Part shown: in pieces, positions 49,420 to 63,662 of the stretch
How the letters are laid out: every line of letters starts with the position of its first letter
Numbering within the stretch: the stretch's first letter is position 1
Assembly: GCA_951406725.2 (NCBI GenBank)
Contig: OX597818.1
Span: 28,582,001 to 28,646,000 of the forward strand
Length of the DNA stretch: 64,000 bases
Reading direction: 5' to 3'
From: Octopus vulgaris
Lineage: Eukaryota
Notes under the pieces: generated by a model
Told to the model about the DNA's origin: nothing
Seen by the model: the letters and a program-made list of their open reading frames with translations, nothing else
Databases searched by the model: none
Position numbers and translations under genes: made by a program

Positions 49420-50230
49420 TTGGTATTGCTTCCAATTCTTTATATTCTGAGTTCTAATCCCACTGAAGTCAACTTGACTCATCCCCTCAATCCAAAAATT
49501 GTCGCCCTTGTGCAAAATTTGATAGACATTATAACAACAACAACAACAATAATAATAATTATTATTATAATTATTATTAAGGTAGTGAGGTGACAAAAAT
49601 CATTAGTATGCTAGACAAAATGCTTCGCAGCATTTTCTTCATCTTTATGTTGTTTTAAAATTCTGTGAAGATTGTCTGCCTTTGATCCTTAGAGGGAGGA
49701 GAGAAGGCTTGATAAAATAAGTATTAGTTGAACACTGGGGTCGATATAATTGATTTATCCTCCCCACTAAATATTGCTGGCCTTATTTTTAAATTTGAGA
49801 CATTTAACCTTATTATTATAAGGGCATGTGCTGGCAGGATCATTGCTGTGTTGGACAAGAAGCTTTGTGGTATTTCTTCTGGCTCTACATTCTGAATTCA
49901 AATACCACTGAACTCAGCTTTGCCTTTCATCTTTTTGGTGTCAATAATATAAAATACTAATTTAGTAGTGGGATAATGTAATCAACTTGCCCTGCCCACT
50001 AAAAGTACTAAAAGTTGAAACTATTATCATTAAGAGCAGGATTATAAGAACATGGAAAAAATGATCAGTGATACTTCTGTTCATACTTTATGTTCTGAGT
50101 TCAAATCTTGCCTGAATCAACTTTGCTTTTCATTGCTTTAAGTTTGATCAAGTACCAATTATAGGGGTGAATGTAATTTACTTTTTTCCTCCCCTTAAAA
50201 ATGCTGGCCTTGTGCCAAAATTTGAAAATT
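49420..50230 (+). repeat. Cluster of degenerate short SINE-like monomers in tandem
   Basis: Recurring TTCTGAGTTCAAAT..CTTTGCCTTTCAT..GCTGGCCTTGTGCCAAAATTTGAA blocks. Similar blocks are at 40745-41085. Confidence 0.55.
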
Positions 50231-50249
50231 ACTAATGTTCTTTTTTTTT

Positions 50250-50294
<45 letters not shown>

Positions 50295-51478
50295 CAGCAG
50301 CAGTAGTAGTAATAGAGGTAGTGGAGGTACTGGTAGTAGTAGTATTGATGGTAGAAGTAGTAGTAGTAAGAATAGGAGTAGCAGTGGTAGTAGTAATGGT
50401 GGTAGTTTCGGTTGCAGAAATGGTACATGGTAACAGATTAGAGTCACAAGAAGAGCATGTCCATAGCACTAAATTACTGTAATTATTTTAACCAATAGAA
50501 TATATGATTTCCATACAATCATTTTGTTTTCTTTAAATTTTTTAATCTGATTCCTCTTTGAATACTGTCAATCAAAAACATCATCATAGACATGAATGAT
50601 CACAACTGCCATGCACCTATCAATGCTACAACCCCAACCAAAAACAGAAAACAGTATCCACACATACATAGATTTAGTTTTTGGATTATTCTTTAATGTA
50701 TTAACAATAAGAAAGCGGAATCTATAATTAAATATGTCATAGAAAAGAGGAAATAATTTATGTTTAATTCAAAATAATTATCTATATATATCATATATGA
50801 TGACACAGAGCACAAGTGTGATTAAGGCCCAGTGATGGCTGTGTGGCTGAGAAGATTGCTTCTCAACCCCATGGTCTTGGGTTCAGTCTCATAGTGTGGC
50901 ACATAAGCTAGATAAATAAATACTTTGATAACGATGCTAGGTAAATGGTGGAAGTCATAGAAGGATGTGATTTCACAGCTGCAGTAAGGAGATCCATCTA
51001 CAAAGTGGGAAACATGAACAAACCTAACATTTAATGAAAAGATTTCTAGACTAGACATGTAAGAGGCAAGAAATTTGCAAGCTGGAACAACAACAACTTT
51101 ACTAGGAGAGCAGTAAAAAGTGTTACAGTGTAGAAGAAACCAGAAAGGCCAGCTTTCTAGTGTCACTGACATGATAGTATACACTATGATATAAAGTAGT
51201 TAGTGATTTGAAAGGAATGAACTCCTTAAAAACCATACCAAAATTATGTTAATCATAAATACTACGTAAAATCCTAACCATTACATATAAGAAAGTGTTA
51301 GAGCACTTAGCTCCAGTCACTCTTGAACTTTCTTAGCCAGATTTGTAGATAACTCATGTTGACTTCTCATGAAAAGGAAAACATATATCTTGTTCAACTG
51401 TATAAAGAAATACAGACTTTGAAATGAAACATCCTGATAATACCAGCTCTCCCCACTCTCTCTTCTTTCTTTATATAA

Positions 51479-51526
<48 letters not shown>

Positions 51527-52084
51527 CTCCATCTATTTCTGATTTGAAGTCATAGGAAGAATGGTGTATTAATTCTTTCTTTCATGGGAAAGCTACCTGC
51601 AGGAACCTATCAATTTATGAATCAGCCCTACCAATCAGTGCCAAGGCTGCCTATGTATGGAATGAAATATGTAAAAACAGTATATGTAGTAAAATAAGGA
51701 ATAGATCCTCAAACATTAAGCATCTTCCTTATATTTCCACTAAGAAATATCTTGTATTTCAATAGTTAAGCTTTATAAAGAGAAATTGATTGAGTTTAGC
51801 TTTGGTCTTTACAAATACCTTGACAAAGGCTTTTTAAGACTGAAATATTGAAATATAAGGCAAAAGCTGAAATCTTTTGAGTTTGCTTTTGTTTAAACTC
51901 TTTTATAACAAGCTAGATCAGTGTTGGCTTTCTAAAATACTTTCAATTCAATTTCATAATGACACATATATACTATACCACTTGTATACAGACACATATA
52001 CATGCATACATGCAAAGATGAGCATATATGAGCAGAAAACTATGCATGTATATGTTAGTAGAAAGCTCTGAGATGATAGTAACA

Positions 52085-52520
52085 TTGATCATCAAAGCAG
52101 TCTATCATTGACCAACAGCCGGGTTATGACCTTCCACTTTGAAGGGGATGCGTTTGCAATCCTGGAACAGGAAACATCAACGAATACCTGATGCACAAAA
52201 TGGATAGAGATGCGGGAAAAGCAGTGAAATGTGACAAACCATGCAGACCTTGTGGAGTTGACACCAAAGACATCACCCACATCATAAGCAGTTGTCCGAA
52301 AATATTATCCCAATATTATCTTCCGATAAGATATGATGTTGTAGCTAGGATATTCTCTAATATGTAACCTGTCAGAAGGATAACCCCAAGGACAAAGAAA
52401 TAAAAACCCACTGTATGGAAGAAGTCAAAGTCACTCATAATAAAAAAAGAGTACTGGTGGAATGTTCCAGTGAAAATCTCAATAAAACGTAAGCACAACA
52501 AACCTAATATAATGATCTAG
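52085..52520 (+). pseudogene. R4/Dong-type LINE C-terminal fragment (CCHC knuckle region)
   Basis: FEGDAFAILEQE, CRPCG..DITHIISSC, YYLPIRYDVVA and YWWNVPV..HNKP. Confidence 0.75.
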
Positions 52521-53199
52521 GTTAGAAATCAACTCTATCTCTACTGGCAAGAAATCTTGAAATAAAACTGAATCATGACATATGTACATATGGAAAACAA
52601 ATGCTAAATGATTATGATGATGATGATGATGATAAAGAAACATCATCATCACCATCATTTAACATCTGTTTTCTATAGACATTTGTGTGTGTGTGTGTGT
52701 GTGACCGAAAGTGCGTAAGGTGATAAATTATCCAGGTGGGTACTGTAATAGCTCCCAGGTATATTTCAGGATATGGCTAATTGAATAAAACAGTAATAAG
52801 CATCAATGCTCACTTAGTATGAGCAATCTTGCTTTGATTCTTTTGATGGGTGACTCTTCATTCATTCTTCTGGATCAGGAATATTATTAGGAGTGTAAAT
52901 TTCAAACAATTACAAGAAATACAGAGACTGGTACATCATCAAATTTTTCTTTTAATCTTACAGTTGGTCATACATAATTAGTTGGTTAAAATGACCAACA
53001 GGTTTCTGCTCCACAGAGTATGTACAAATGCACATGCAACCCAGCATAATCTGCTGTGCACCTTCATTCAGGGTCTTTCAACAAGTGTAGTTTGAAGCAA
53101 ACTGAGTTTATTTATTTTTTCATGGCAAGTTTATTTCCTTATTCTTCCCTGTTTAAGATATAAAGGGAAGTGATGAGGGATATGTTGAAATCTGATATG

Positions 53200-53860
53200 G
53201 CTATAAAGTTTATCTTTAGGCTGACGTCTAATTAACATCAGTTCCAGGAGGAAATTGGGAGTTTTATATATATATATATTAAATTAGATCAAAGTATATC
53301 TTAGTATTTTGATAGGCTTTTTCTTTATGTTACAAGAGATTGAATAGAATTAATATTAAACTTTGTTATATTGATGGAGTTTTGTCAATATATTGTTTAT
53401 GAAATCCAGAAGGAAGGTACACTTTAAAGTGACTTTTATGTTATACATAAGTTATTGTACCTGTATGTGTTAGAATCACTTCTATGAAAAAAAAAAAAAA
53501 AAAGGAAAATATTTTAAGCTAGTGATTAAAACGATATTTAGTTGAAAGTTGGCCAGATAAAGTTCCAACATATACTTCTACCATTCGGCACCTCCCTTTT
53601 GTGTATTGGATATCATTCTTACTTCCATATAAGTGGAGCATCAACAAGCATTAAGGTGAGACTGGCAAATCAATTAAATTCATTTGAGGATAGAAATAAG
53701 TTGAACAACACTAGCTTCAGTCCATTCATCTTGTTGCTTAAGGATAAAAATGCTAACTTTAGTATAGAATGAGAAAAAATTAGCATGGTTATACCTTATA
53801 AAACAAGGACAAAGAGTTGTGATTTGTGCATAGAAAAATGTACCATATTTTTACATTCAA
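53200..53860 (+). pseudogene. Degraded Naiad-like PLE GIY-YIG fragment
   Basis: SIKVRLANQLNSFEDRNKLNNTSFS..PYKTRTKSCDLCIEK. Confidence 0.55.
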
Positions 53861-56367
53861 ACACTTATTGCTAAATAGTAGACAAGAACAGGCCTTGAGA
53901 TGTTTACATCTGCATGGTAAAGCCTCTCATACAGGTATTGGGTAGAATGATAACACAGTCTTCTCACTTGCACACCACAGTGAATGCCTCTGATGCTTAG
54001 TTTTTCTGTCTGCACAATTCTGCATAAAGAAGTGCAGATCACTGAAAGTGGATGGTACCTGCAGAAAAGGGAGACCCAAGAAGTCATGAAATGAAGTAGT
54101 AAGGACCGATCTCAGGATGTTAGTGAAACTAAGTCCTAGAAGTGTTGTGTCACACCAAAGTTAACAAGAAAACTTCTCTCACACCTTACCATAACAAACT
54201 AAACCACATTTCTACATCTCTTCTCTTCCTTGCATTTCCACTTCATACACTATGCTTACCTTCCACTTCCCAATCCTGTCCTCTTGGCCACTTAAAAAGA
54301 ATCCAGTCTACACTGAAAAATGGTTAGTATTTGTAAGGGCATCCAAACCTTGCTAAAACTGACCTTGTCTGTGCTTGTGCCATGTAAAAATCACTAAGCC
54401 CACTCTGGTGAGTAGTTGGTGTTAGGAAGGGCATCCAGCTGTAAAAATCCTGCCCAAACAGTAACAGAAGTCTGGTGCAGGATTCTACCTGGCCAGCTCC
54501 TATCAAACTGTCCTACCCTTGCCAGCATGGAAAGTGGATGTTAAACGACAATGACGATGATGATGTTATGCATGTTGTCTATACAACTGGAATATACCTG
54601 ATGCATTTCTTTCCGGAGATTTAGCATCCACAGAGAGAACCTCTCTGTTGTCAACAAAGGCAGTTGCTCCCTGGACTTTTATAACCTATCCTTACTCCAC
54701 CTATTATGCTTTCACAACACTCATTTCTAATGCTGATTAAGACTGTTAAGTTATGGAAGATACCAACTATTATCAAACTCGAGAAATTTCCTTTATTTCT
54801 TGGGAGTGCTTTTATTGCTACTCTTATGAATGAAATCCCTTTCTCTATAAGCCTGTCTTGTACCTTTTGTGTACTTATTGTTTACATTGGTTATATAGTA
54901 TAGAGTGTTTACTGGCTCCCTTTCTACATAATGAGTGTGGCTACATCCAGTTTGGAGTAGTGTTTTGTTTTATTTTCTGCAAGCTAAAAATTTCATTTTT
55001 TCCAAATTAACCTTTAGGCCCTTTCATTCTAGGCTCTGCTTTTATGTTAGGAACTTTTCTCCAAAACCTTTACCTGAACTGATTATGAGTACCTATGGCT
55101 GCATTTATGTAGAACGAATTGTTCTTGATGGCTGACCACTTAATATCTTACTTTTTCGCAACATGGTCTCTTCATAATTTGTCTGTCTAACTAAATTCAT
55201 CTTTTCCTCATACTTAAAGGTGAAGTTTGTTTAAAGAAATGGCTAAACAATACCGTAGTATCTAAAAACAAGGAATACCTAACTTAGTTACTCGTTGTCA
55301 ATTATTGTAGCATTGCCACTATTTATAATGATACTTGTTTACACTATAACTATGTAGTAACAATAAATATATAATGAAGCAGGGTAACAACCTAACAATA
55401 CAACAAGTGCTCCACAAACTATAAATGAACCAACAAATGATATTCCGACAAACTCTCCAAATGGTACCTTATGACTTTCTGCAATTAACGCGTATTCTCT
55501 CTCATTCTGACCACTATTATTTATAGTCGTTCGGTCAAGTCTATTCTCACAGGGGGTGTCATGACTCTCGCCACAACACAGGGAAAGGATGAAAAGATCA
55601 TAACTAGAATGCCTTTGGTAAAATGTCTGTTCAATCAAGGCTAACTTATTAAGATATAATGTTTTTCAGCTTTTTCATAACCTTTAACTTGAGATGATTG
55701 ACTTAACCAATGAACAGATTGTTTCCTTTCAGCTTATATTCAGTTTCTTGGATGCTGCTCTTGAATTTCATTTCTAAAATATAGTTGGCATTTCTTATGC
55801 ATCACAAACTTTGAAAAGTATTCTATAGAATATATATTTTAAAGTAGCTGGTTGGTTGATAAAAGCTTTCTGATTAATATAACGAAATTTATAGATAGAT
55901 TTGATGTTACATTTTCACTAAGCAGTTGGTTCAACCAGATAATATTTCATTGTCTACACTGCTTCTAGTGCTGGTATTTTTAAGGCATTGCATAATAATT
56001 TGTCAGTTTTAATAGAACAAACATCATACTAATATCGATTAGTGCTCTTGTTGATATAGTTTCTCATTCAGCTTTTTATACAATTCTATTTTCTTGTATG
56101 ATACTGCCATTTAGATCTATGCCAAGGTTAGTTGTTTCTCTAAATTTTAGGCAAAGTTTCCTAGAATGTTAATCAAGTTCCCATATATTTATCATATTTA
56201 GGGTCTTAGAATAGAACAATTTGCTACTCATTCGAAAATAAGTATGGAAGAAGCAGTTAGGTAAGCCAAAATGCAAATTTCTTAAAAACAAAACTTACCT
56301 TTTGCTGATGAAGTCCTATTAAATTCATAAAATAATTATAAAATAAAATATTTACAATATTTTCAAT

Positions 56368-57320
56368 CTTATTATTATTATTATTATTATTATCATTATT
56401 ATTATTGTATAATTGTTCAATATTTGTTAGATTGAGACAAATTTCTACTGCATCACCTGCTACACAACTGTGTTGCTGGGGGTTGCAGCATTGTATGTTC
56501 TTTTCTGCTGTTGGGAGTGTGCATCTTCCCAGTACTGTACTGTATTAACTTTTTTTCCCTTGAGATGTGGTTCTGTCTTCTGTTGCTTATATTATGTGTT
56601 GAGTGTGTAGTGCTTTGGTTGTTTTAGCTTGCTGGTGGAAGTATATTTCACTGGGTAAATGATGTATAGAGTGTGTCTTGTATTTGTAGGTTGTTTTGTT
56701 TAGGTTGTATTATTGGATTGATAGTGTCTTGCATAGAATGTGGGCTGTTCCTAGTAGGGCTATTTTTTAAAAAGTGTGTAGTGTTGAGGATCCAGGTATA
56801 GCTTCTACACTTTTGTTCATATGTTTTTTATCATGCCCAATGCTCCAGTTATTATTGGTATTATTTTTACCTTCATGCCCCACACTTTGAATACTTCATT
56901 ATCACTATTATCATTATTCATATACACACAACACATTAGACTGTTGGAAAAGAAAAAATTCTAACATTGGGCTACAACACGTAACCTTAGATGCCAAGAA
57001 CCCTTCTAAGTATCCTAACTGTCCCTAATAATACTGTTTTCTGCAACTGTACTAAACTGGGTTTTATACCTATTTCCTCTATTCATCTTTTCAAATACTT
57101 AGAGATATTTCCTAATGCACCTATAAGTACTGGAAGACATTTTACCAGCACTTTCCATAGTCTCTGTAATTCAATGGCTAGGTTCTAATACTTTGCTGTT
57201 TTTTCTATACCTCTCATATTGATTTTTTCATCATTTGGAACTGTAAAGTCAATTATCTAGCACTTTCTATTCTCTTTATATACTACTACTAAATCAGGCC
57301 TTCTAACTTGCAAAATACGA
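56368..57320 (-). mobile_element. Two R4/Dong-type LINE 3' fragments (RLE endonuclease region) with TAA-repeat tails
   Basis: RPDLVVV..IIDFTVPND..LAIELQRLWKV..PVLIGALG, then a second PIITGALG..LGTAHIL copy. Confidence 0.75.
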
Positions 57321-57423
57321 TTATTTGCACCTCTGAGGATTGTGAATGAAATTGTCTTTTTCTTAATGTCAGACACCAATGACCAGATGTCCAATCTTCA
57401 ACCACAACTGAGATGGTAATGAT

Positions 57424-57523
57424 NNNNNNNNNNNNNNNNNNNNNNNNNNNNNNNNNNNNNNNNNNNNNNNNNNNNNNNNNNNNNNNNNNNNNNNNNNNNN
57501 NNNNNNNNNNNNNNNNNNNNNNN
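57424..57523. other. Assembly gap (100 N)
   Basis: Run of n characters. Confidence 1.
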
Positions 57524-60500
57524 TCAAGGGCCCATACCTCCCACACCCTCAGAGTTCGCACTCTCAACGTTGGCACACTGAAAGGTAGGTCTGGTGAGAT
57601 TGTTGAAATGCTTGAACGTAGATGTGTTGATATGTGCTGCATCCAAGAAGTAAGGTGGAGAGGAGGTTCTGCTAGGTTCCTCACAGGCAAAGAACACAGG
57701 TACAAGATTTTCTGGGCAGGGAACATTGACGGGTTTGGGGGCGTGGGTATACTTCTAGCTGAAAAATGGGTAGATAAGGTAATAGAGGTAATCAGAGTAA
57801 GTGACAGAATACTTAAGATTAGAATAGTGCTTCATCATGGATTAGCAACCATTATATCGGCATATGCCCCTCAGCCGGGACTACCCGATGGACAGAAAGA
57901 CTAATTTTATGACACCCTACTGCAGACTACCTCGTTGACGAACGACAGAGACCTTCTCTTTTTGACTGGTGACTTCAATGGTCACGTTGGACGACATGCT
58001 GGGGGCTTCCATGGTGTATATGGTTATGGTTCCCGAAACGAGGAGGGAACAAGGCTACTGGAGTTCTGCGATGCAAATGATCTTATGGTTTGCAACCCTA
58101 ACTTCAGGATACCTACCAGCCACCTAGTCACCTACTGATCAGGCCGACATACCAGTCAAATTGACTACATCCATACCAGGAAAAGGAAAAGATGGCTGCT
58201 TATAAATGCCAAAACCTTCCCAGGCGAAGAATGAACCCCACAACATTAAGTGATAGTTAGTGACTTTAGGATCAGGACTAAGAGGATGACCAACATGGAG
58301 AAGAAGGATCTGGAAGCTTAAAGATCCTGCGAATGGACAGAGACTTAGGGACATATTACTTGAAGCCTTTGACAAAGTAGAAGGGGATATAGCTTCACAT
58401 GGGGTAGAAGACAACCGGAGGTCTCTAAGGGACAACCTGCTGAGAGCCATGGACCAGATCTGTGGCTGGTGCAAAGTCCCCTCTCGACCCAAAATAACGT
58501 GGTGGTGGAACAATGTTGTACACAGGGCTATTAGACAAAAGAAACAGGCTTGGAAAAATAGTGGTAGCAGGGAATTGTATCAGACTACCAAAAGAGAAGC
58601 TAGGAGACAGGTTTATTTAGCCAGGGGGGAAGCAGATAAGAAAAAATTTGCCAATGTTCTGCGCCATGAGGACAAAAGACTTGAGGTATTCCGTGTTGCA
58701 AGACAGTGTGTGAGAGAGAATTGTGATGTGGTACGAGAGAAATGTGTTTGCATGGATGATGGTTTATTTGTGCTAAATGAGGATGCAAAGAGAGAGGTTT
58801 GGAGACGCCACTATGAAAGATTGCTGAATAAAGAAAATGAATGGGATAAAGAGAGTCTGCCGAATGTCGATCCAACAGAGGAACCAGCTATCCAAGTTGA
58901 CAGTTCCTTAGTAGTTAAGGCAATTAGAAGCATGAAGACAGGGAAAGCCCCAGGCCCATCAGGAATTACTGCGGAGATGCTTAAAGTACCTGATAGTGTT
59001 GGCTATAGCCTAGTCACCCGTAGAGTTAACCAGGTGATACACAAAGGAGTCATACCCAATGACTGGTGTAGCAGCATAATAGTCAACTGCTACAAAGGTA
59101 AGGGTGACACTTTAGATACAAATTATTACAGAGGTATCAAGATGTTGGATCAGGTAATGAAGGTTACGGAGAGTGTCATAGCCCAACTGATTAGGGAGAG
59201 AGTCAGCTTGGATCAGATGCAGTTCAGTTTCGTGCCAAGGAAAAAGCACCACTGATGCCATATTTCTGGTGAGACAGCTGCAGGAGAAATACCTAGACAA
59301 GGATAAGCCCCTGTACCTGGCTTTCGTTGGCATGGAGAACGTCTTTGACAGGGTCCCTTGATCCCTTATCTGGTGGTCAATGAGGAAACTAGGGATAAAT
59401 GAATGGTTAGTGAGAGCTGTGCAAGCCATGTACAGAGATGCTGTTAGTAAGGTGAGGGTTGGCAACAAGTGCACTAAAGAATTCAGGGTAGAGGTAGGGG
59501 TCCAGCAAGGTTCCATCCTCAGCCCCCTCCTATTTATCATAGTCCTCCAGGCAATAACGGAGGAATTCAAGACAGGATGCCCTGGGAGCTCCTATATGCT
59601 GACGACCTTGCTCTAATTGCTGAGTCACTATCAGAATTAGAGGCAAAGTTTCAAGAATGGAGACAAGGACTAGAATCGAAGGGCATTAAAATCAACCTAG
59701 TTAAAACCAAAGTCCTAATATGTAGGAAGGCAGGCAAATCACATACACCTTCAGGTAGATGGTCCTGCTCGATCTATAGAAAAGGCGTAGGTAGAAACTC
59801 TATAAGATGCACCAAGTGTAAGCTATGCACACATAAGAGGTGCAGCAATGTCAAAGGAAGGCTAACTGGGAAGATAATTTTTGTATGTGGCAGATGCTCA
59901 GGAGCAATAAACACTGAAAATATGCAGAGACCAACTCCCGCCACATTCCAGGGAGAAAAACTAGAAGTAGTTGATAGCTTCTGTTACCTAGGTGACCTAG
60001 TCAGTAGCGGGGGCGGGTGTGCTGAAAGTGTAACTGCTAGAGTAAGACTAGCCTGGGGTGAGTTCAGAGAGCTCTTACCTCTGCTGGTGACAAAAGGCCT
60101 CTCGCTCAGAATAAAAGGCAGACTGTATGACGCATGTGTATGAACAGCCATGCTACATGGCAGTGAAACTTGGGCCGTGACTGCTGAGGATATGCATAAG
60201 CCCGCAAGAAATGAAGCCAGTATGCTCTGATGGATGTGTAATGTCAGTGTTCATACTCAACAGAGTGTAAGTACCTTGAGAGAGAAGTTGGACCTAAAAA
60301 GCATCAGATGTGGTGTGCAAGAAAGACGACTGTGCTGGTATGGCCATGTGGTGAGCATGGATGTGGATAGTTGTGTGAAAAAGTGTCACACCCTAGTGGT
60401 TGAGGGAACGTGTGGAAGAGGTAGACCCAGGAAAACATGGGACGATGTGGTGAAGAAGGACCTTCGAACTCTAGGTCTCACTGAGGAAATGACCAGAGAC

Positions 60501-61150
60501 CGAGACCTTTGGAAGTATGCTGTAAGTGGGAAGACCTGGCAGGACAAGTGAGACCATAACCCGTGGCCTCTACCTGGGACGTAGCCAGCCCGCTTATGCA
60601 TACCTTTCCTTCTTGTGACAGAAACCCTACTCGTGAAGACTTGTTGAGGCAAGTGAAAATCGAAATCGAAATCGTTCAACATCAATGAAAATTGTAGCTG
60701 AGATACCAGTGCCGGTGGCACGTAAGAGAACCATTCGAACGTGGCCGTTGCCAGCGACGCCCCGACTGGCCTCCGTGCTGGTGGCATGTAAAAAGCACCA
60801 TCCAATTGTGGCCGTTGCCAGCCTCGTCTGGCCCCCGTGCTGGTGGCACGTAAAAAGCACCATCCGATTGTGGCCGTTGCCAGCCTCGTCTGGACCCCGT
60901 GCTGGTGGCACGTAAAAAGCACCATCCGATTGTGGCCGTTGCCAGCCTCGTCTGGACCCCGTGCTGGTGGCACATAAAAAGCACCCACTACACTCTCGGA
61001 GTGGTTGGCGTTAGGAAGGGCATCCAGCTGTAGAAACACTGCCAGATCAGACTGGAGCCTGGTGCAGCCCTGGCTTCCCAGACTCCGGTCGAACCATCCA
61101 ACCCGTGCTAGCGCGGAAAACGGACGTTAAACGATGATGATGATGATGAT
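57524..61150 (+). mobile_element. Near full-length RTE-clade LINE (APE endonuclease + RT), inactivated by stops and frameshifts
   Basis: TLNVGTL, CIQEVRW, SAYAPQ, GDFNGHVG, QQGSILSPLLF, YADD and LCWYGHV. The 3' UTR has five modules and a (GAT)n tail. Confidence 0.96.
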
Positions 61151-61169
61151 ATCCATATATATATATATC

Positions 61170-61213
<44 letters not shown>

Positions 61214-61515
61214 CACATATATATATGCATATATATATATCTATATATATATCACCACATATATATATGCATATATATATATCTATGTATATATATGCAT
61301 ATATATATATATATATATATATGCATATATATATATATATATCCATGTATATATATGCATAAATATATATATATCCATGTATATATATGCATATATATAT
61401 ATATATCCATGTATATATATGCATATATATATATATATCCATGTATATATAGGCATATATATATATATCCACGTATATATATATATATCCACATATATAT
61501 ATATATATATATATC

Positions 61516-61580
<65 letters not shown>

Positions 61581-61621
61581 ACATATCCACATATATATAT
61601 ATATATATATATCCACATATC

Positions 61622-61668
<47 letters not shown>

Positions 61669-61674
61669 ACACAC
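61151..61674. repeat. Compound (TA)n microsatellite with CCAC/GCAT/CCAT interruptions
   Basis: Directly visible. It generates the YIYIYI pseudo-ORFs. Confidence 0.95.
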
Positions 61675-61950
61675 ATCATCATCATCATCATCATCGTTTA
61701 ACGTCCGCTTTCCATGCTAGCATGGGTTGGACGGTTCAACTGGGGTCTCGGGAGCCTGAAGGCTGCACCAGGCCAGTCAGATCTGGCAGTGTTTCTACAG
61801 CTGGATGCCCTTCCTAACGCCAACCACTCCGAGAGTGTAGTGGGTGATTTTATGTGCCACCGACACAGGTGCCAGACGATCGGATGGTGTTTGTTACGTG
61901 TCCACAGCGCGGAGGCCAGTCGATGCGGTACTGGCTACGGCCACGTTCGG
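61675..61950 (-). mobile_element. RTE 3'-tail fragment, tail-to-tail with the preceding LINE
   Basis: (CAT)n-CGTTTAACGTCCGCTTTCCATGCTAGCATGGG.. is the reverse complement of the RTE terminus. Confidence 0.9.
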
Positions 61951-62000
61951 ATATATATATATATATCTCCACATACATATATATATATCCATATCCATAT

Positions 62001-62042
<42 letters not shown>

Positions 62043-62077
62043 ACATGTATATATCCATATATATATACATATATATA

Positions 62078-63259
62078 ATTGGCAAAGTTGGAATCCGTGG
62101 AAAAGTTCTACACTGGATTAAGTATTTCCTGGCGAATAGAACACAACATGTTGTAGTTGATGGAGTCCACTCAAGCCCAGCAAAAGTCACCAGCGGTGTT
62201 CCCCAGGGGACTGTCTTGGGCCCGCTACTCTTTATAATTTACATAAACGACCTTTCCAGTGTTGTACATTACTGTAAAGTGAAAATATTTGCTGATGACA
62301 CTAAGCTCCAGCAAATCGTCAATGAAGAAGCAGACCAAACTCAACTCCAGTCTGATCTATATGCTGTGAGTCAATGGGCAGACAGAAACAAAATGCAACT
62401 GAACGAGGGAAAATTTGAGCTGATGCATTTTGGAAGAAATTCCTCACTAAAACAGCCATACTCTCTTCCTTCAGGGGAACTGCTCACAGCCTCTAACAAT
62501 ATCAGAGACCTGGGTGTAATTGTTGATGCCGATCTCAGTTGGAGTGCACACATCAAGAAGAAGGTCGATATAGCTCGTAGGATGAGTTCCTGGATCTTAA
62601 GAACTTTCCGGTCCAGAGAACAAGGTGTCATCATACCACTTTTCTCCTCCTTTGTACGGCCACACCTCGAATACTGCTGCCCACTGTGGTCTCCCCATAC
62701 AAGACGAAACATCTCGAGGATTGAATCAGCCCAGAGGGCACTCACTAAACGAATTGAAGGCATGGCTGCTCTTGATTATTGGGATCGCCTTAAAGCCTTG
62801 AAACTCTACTCTCTCCAGCGTCGCCGTGAGCGGTACATCATTTGTACGACGTGGAGAATATACCGCCAACTTTGCCCAAACGACCTGAACATTAGCTTCA
62901 AGGTTCATCCAAGACTGGGACCACGGGCCATACGTCCCCTGCCCAATTCAAGATCACAGCATACATGTACACTGCAACATAATTTCTTTTCCTCAACAGG
63001 CCCTGCTCTATTTAACATTGTCCCGAAAGAGATCAAAGAGGAAAAGGATCCCATCAACTTTAAACGGAGTCTGGATAGATTCCTTCAAGGAATACCAGAT
63101 AAGCCACCCATAATTAGATACAACTCACCCAACAAGACTCACTACTTGAATGGACCATAAACAAAACTTGACTTAAACAGGATTCAGATAATCCTATCAG
63201 GTGGTGCTATTAAGTTAGACATGGCCTGGACCAATCTTTGGTCGAAACATATCTAAGTT

Positions 63260-63262
<3 letters not shown>
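62078..63262 (+). mobile_element. 5'-truncated CR1-group LINE (RT C-terminal half, open frame to 63160)
   Basis: [42 protein letters not shown] and LYSLQRRRERY. A 3' hairpin GACCAA-tct-TTGGTC is present and both flanks are (TA)n. Confidence 0.92.
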
Positions 63263-63300
<38 letters not shown>

Positions 63301-63310
63301 ATATATATAT

Positions 63311-63550
63311 AGGGAGGGTTTACGAAAAAAACAAAAGACAAAGACAGGTGGTGTACAAAACAAACAGATGTATTAGTACAACGCTCAGGAACAGAAAAGT
63401 CTTTTACGTTTCAAGCCTACGCTCTTCTACAGAAAGGGACACAGAAAAAACAAGGAGAGAAAAAAATGTGTGTAGTGGCTTTGTGGGTAAGCAGAGGGTG
63501 GGTGCAGAGGTGGGGGAGGGGTGTGGGATAGCATGGGGGGATGGGAAGGA
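63311..63550 (-). mobile_element. PLE 3'-end fragment of the 15622-17535 family, with a hammerhead-like motif at 63401-63436
   Basis: Matches the reverse complement of 17365-17535. The motif is cttt-CTGTAGAA-GAGC-gtag-GCTT-GAAA-CG-TA-aaag. Confidence 0.85.
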
Positions 63551-63662
63551 TATATATATATATATATCCATATATATATTCCTTTAACGTCCGCTTTCCA
63601 TGCTAGCATGGGTTGGACGATTTTGACTCAGGGCATCCAGCTCTAGAAACACTTCCAGATCA

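Noticed and set aside
50101-50482. Thr-rich mucin-like ORF
   Set aside because: It is mostly a degenerate (TAG/CTA)n repeat running into a SINE, with no convincing donor site or compatible neighbouring exon.
51305-51412. Possible minus-strand exon after a strong acceptor (TTCTTTATACAG)
   Set aside because: All frames reach stops and there is no canonical donor.
56303-56330. CTGATGA hammerhead half-site
   Set aside because: No paired stem II or downstream GAAA could be found.
61844-62077. N-terminal extension of the 438-aa CR1 ORF
   Set aside because: It is a chance open frame through an RTE tail and microsatellite. The LINE homology starts near 62078.
61047-62121. Long [14 protein letters not shown] ORFs here and at 7559-8919, 29696-30225 and 39175-39779
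   Set aside because: These are translations of (TA)n/(CA)n microsatellites that lack stop codons.
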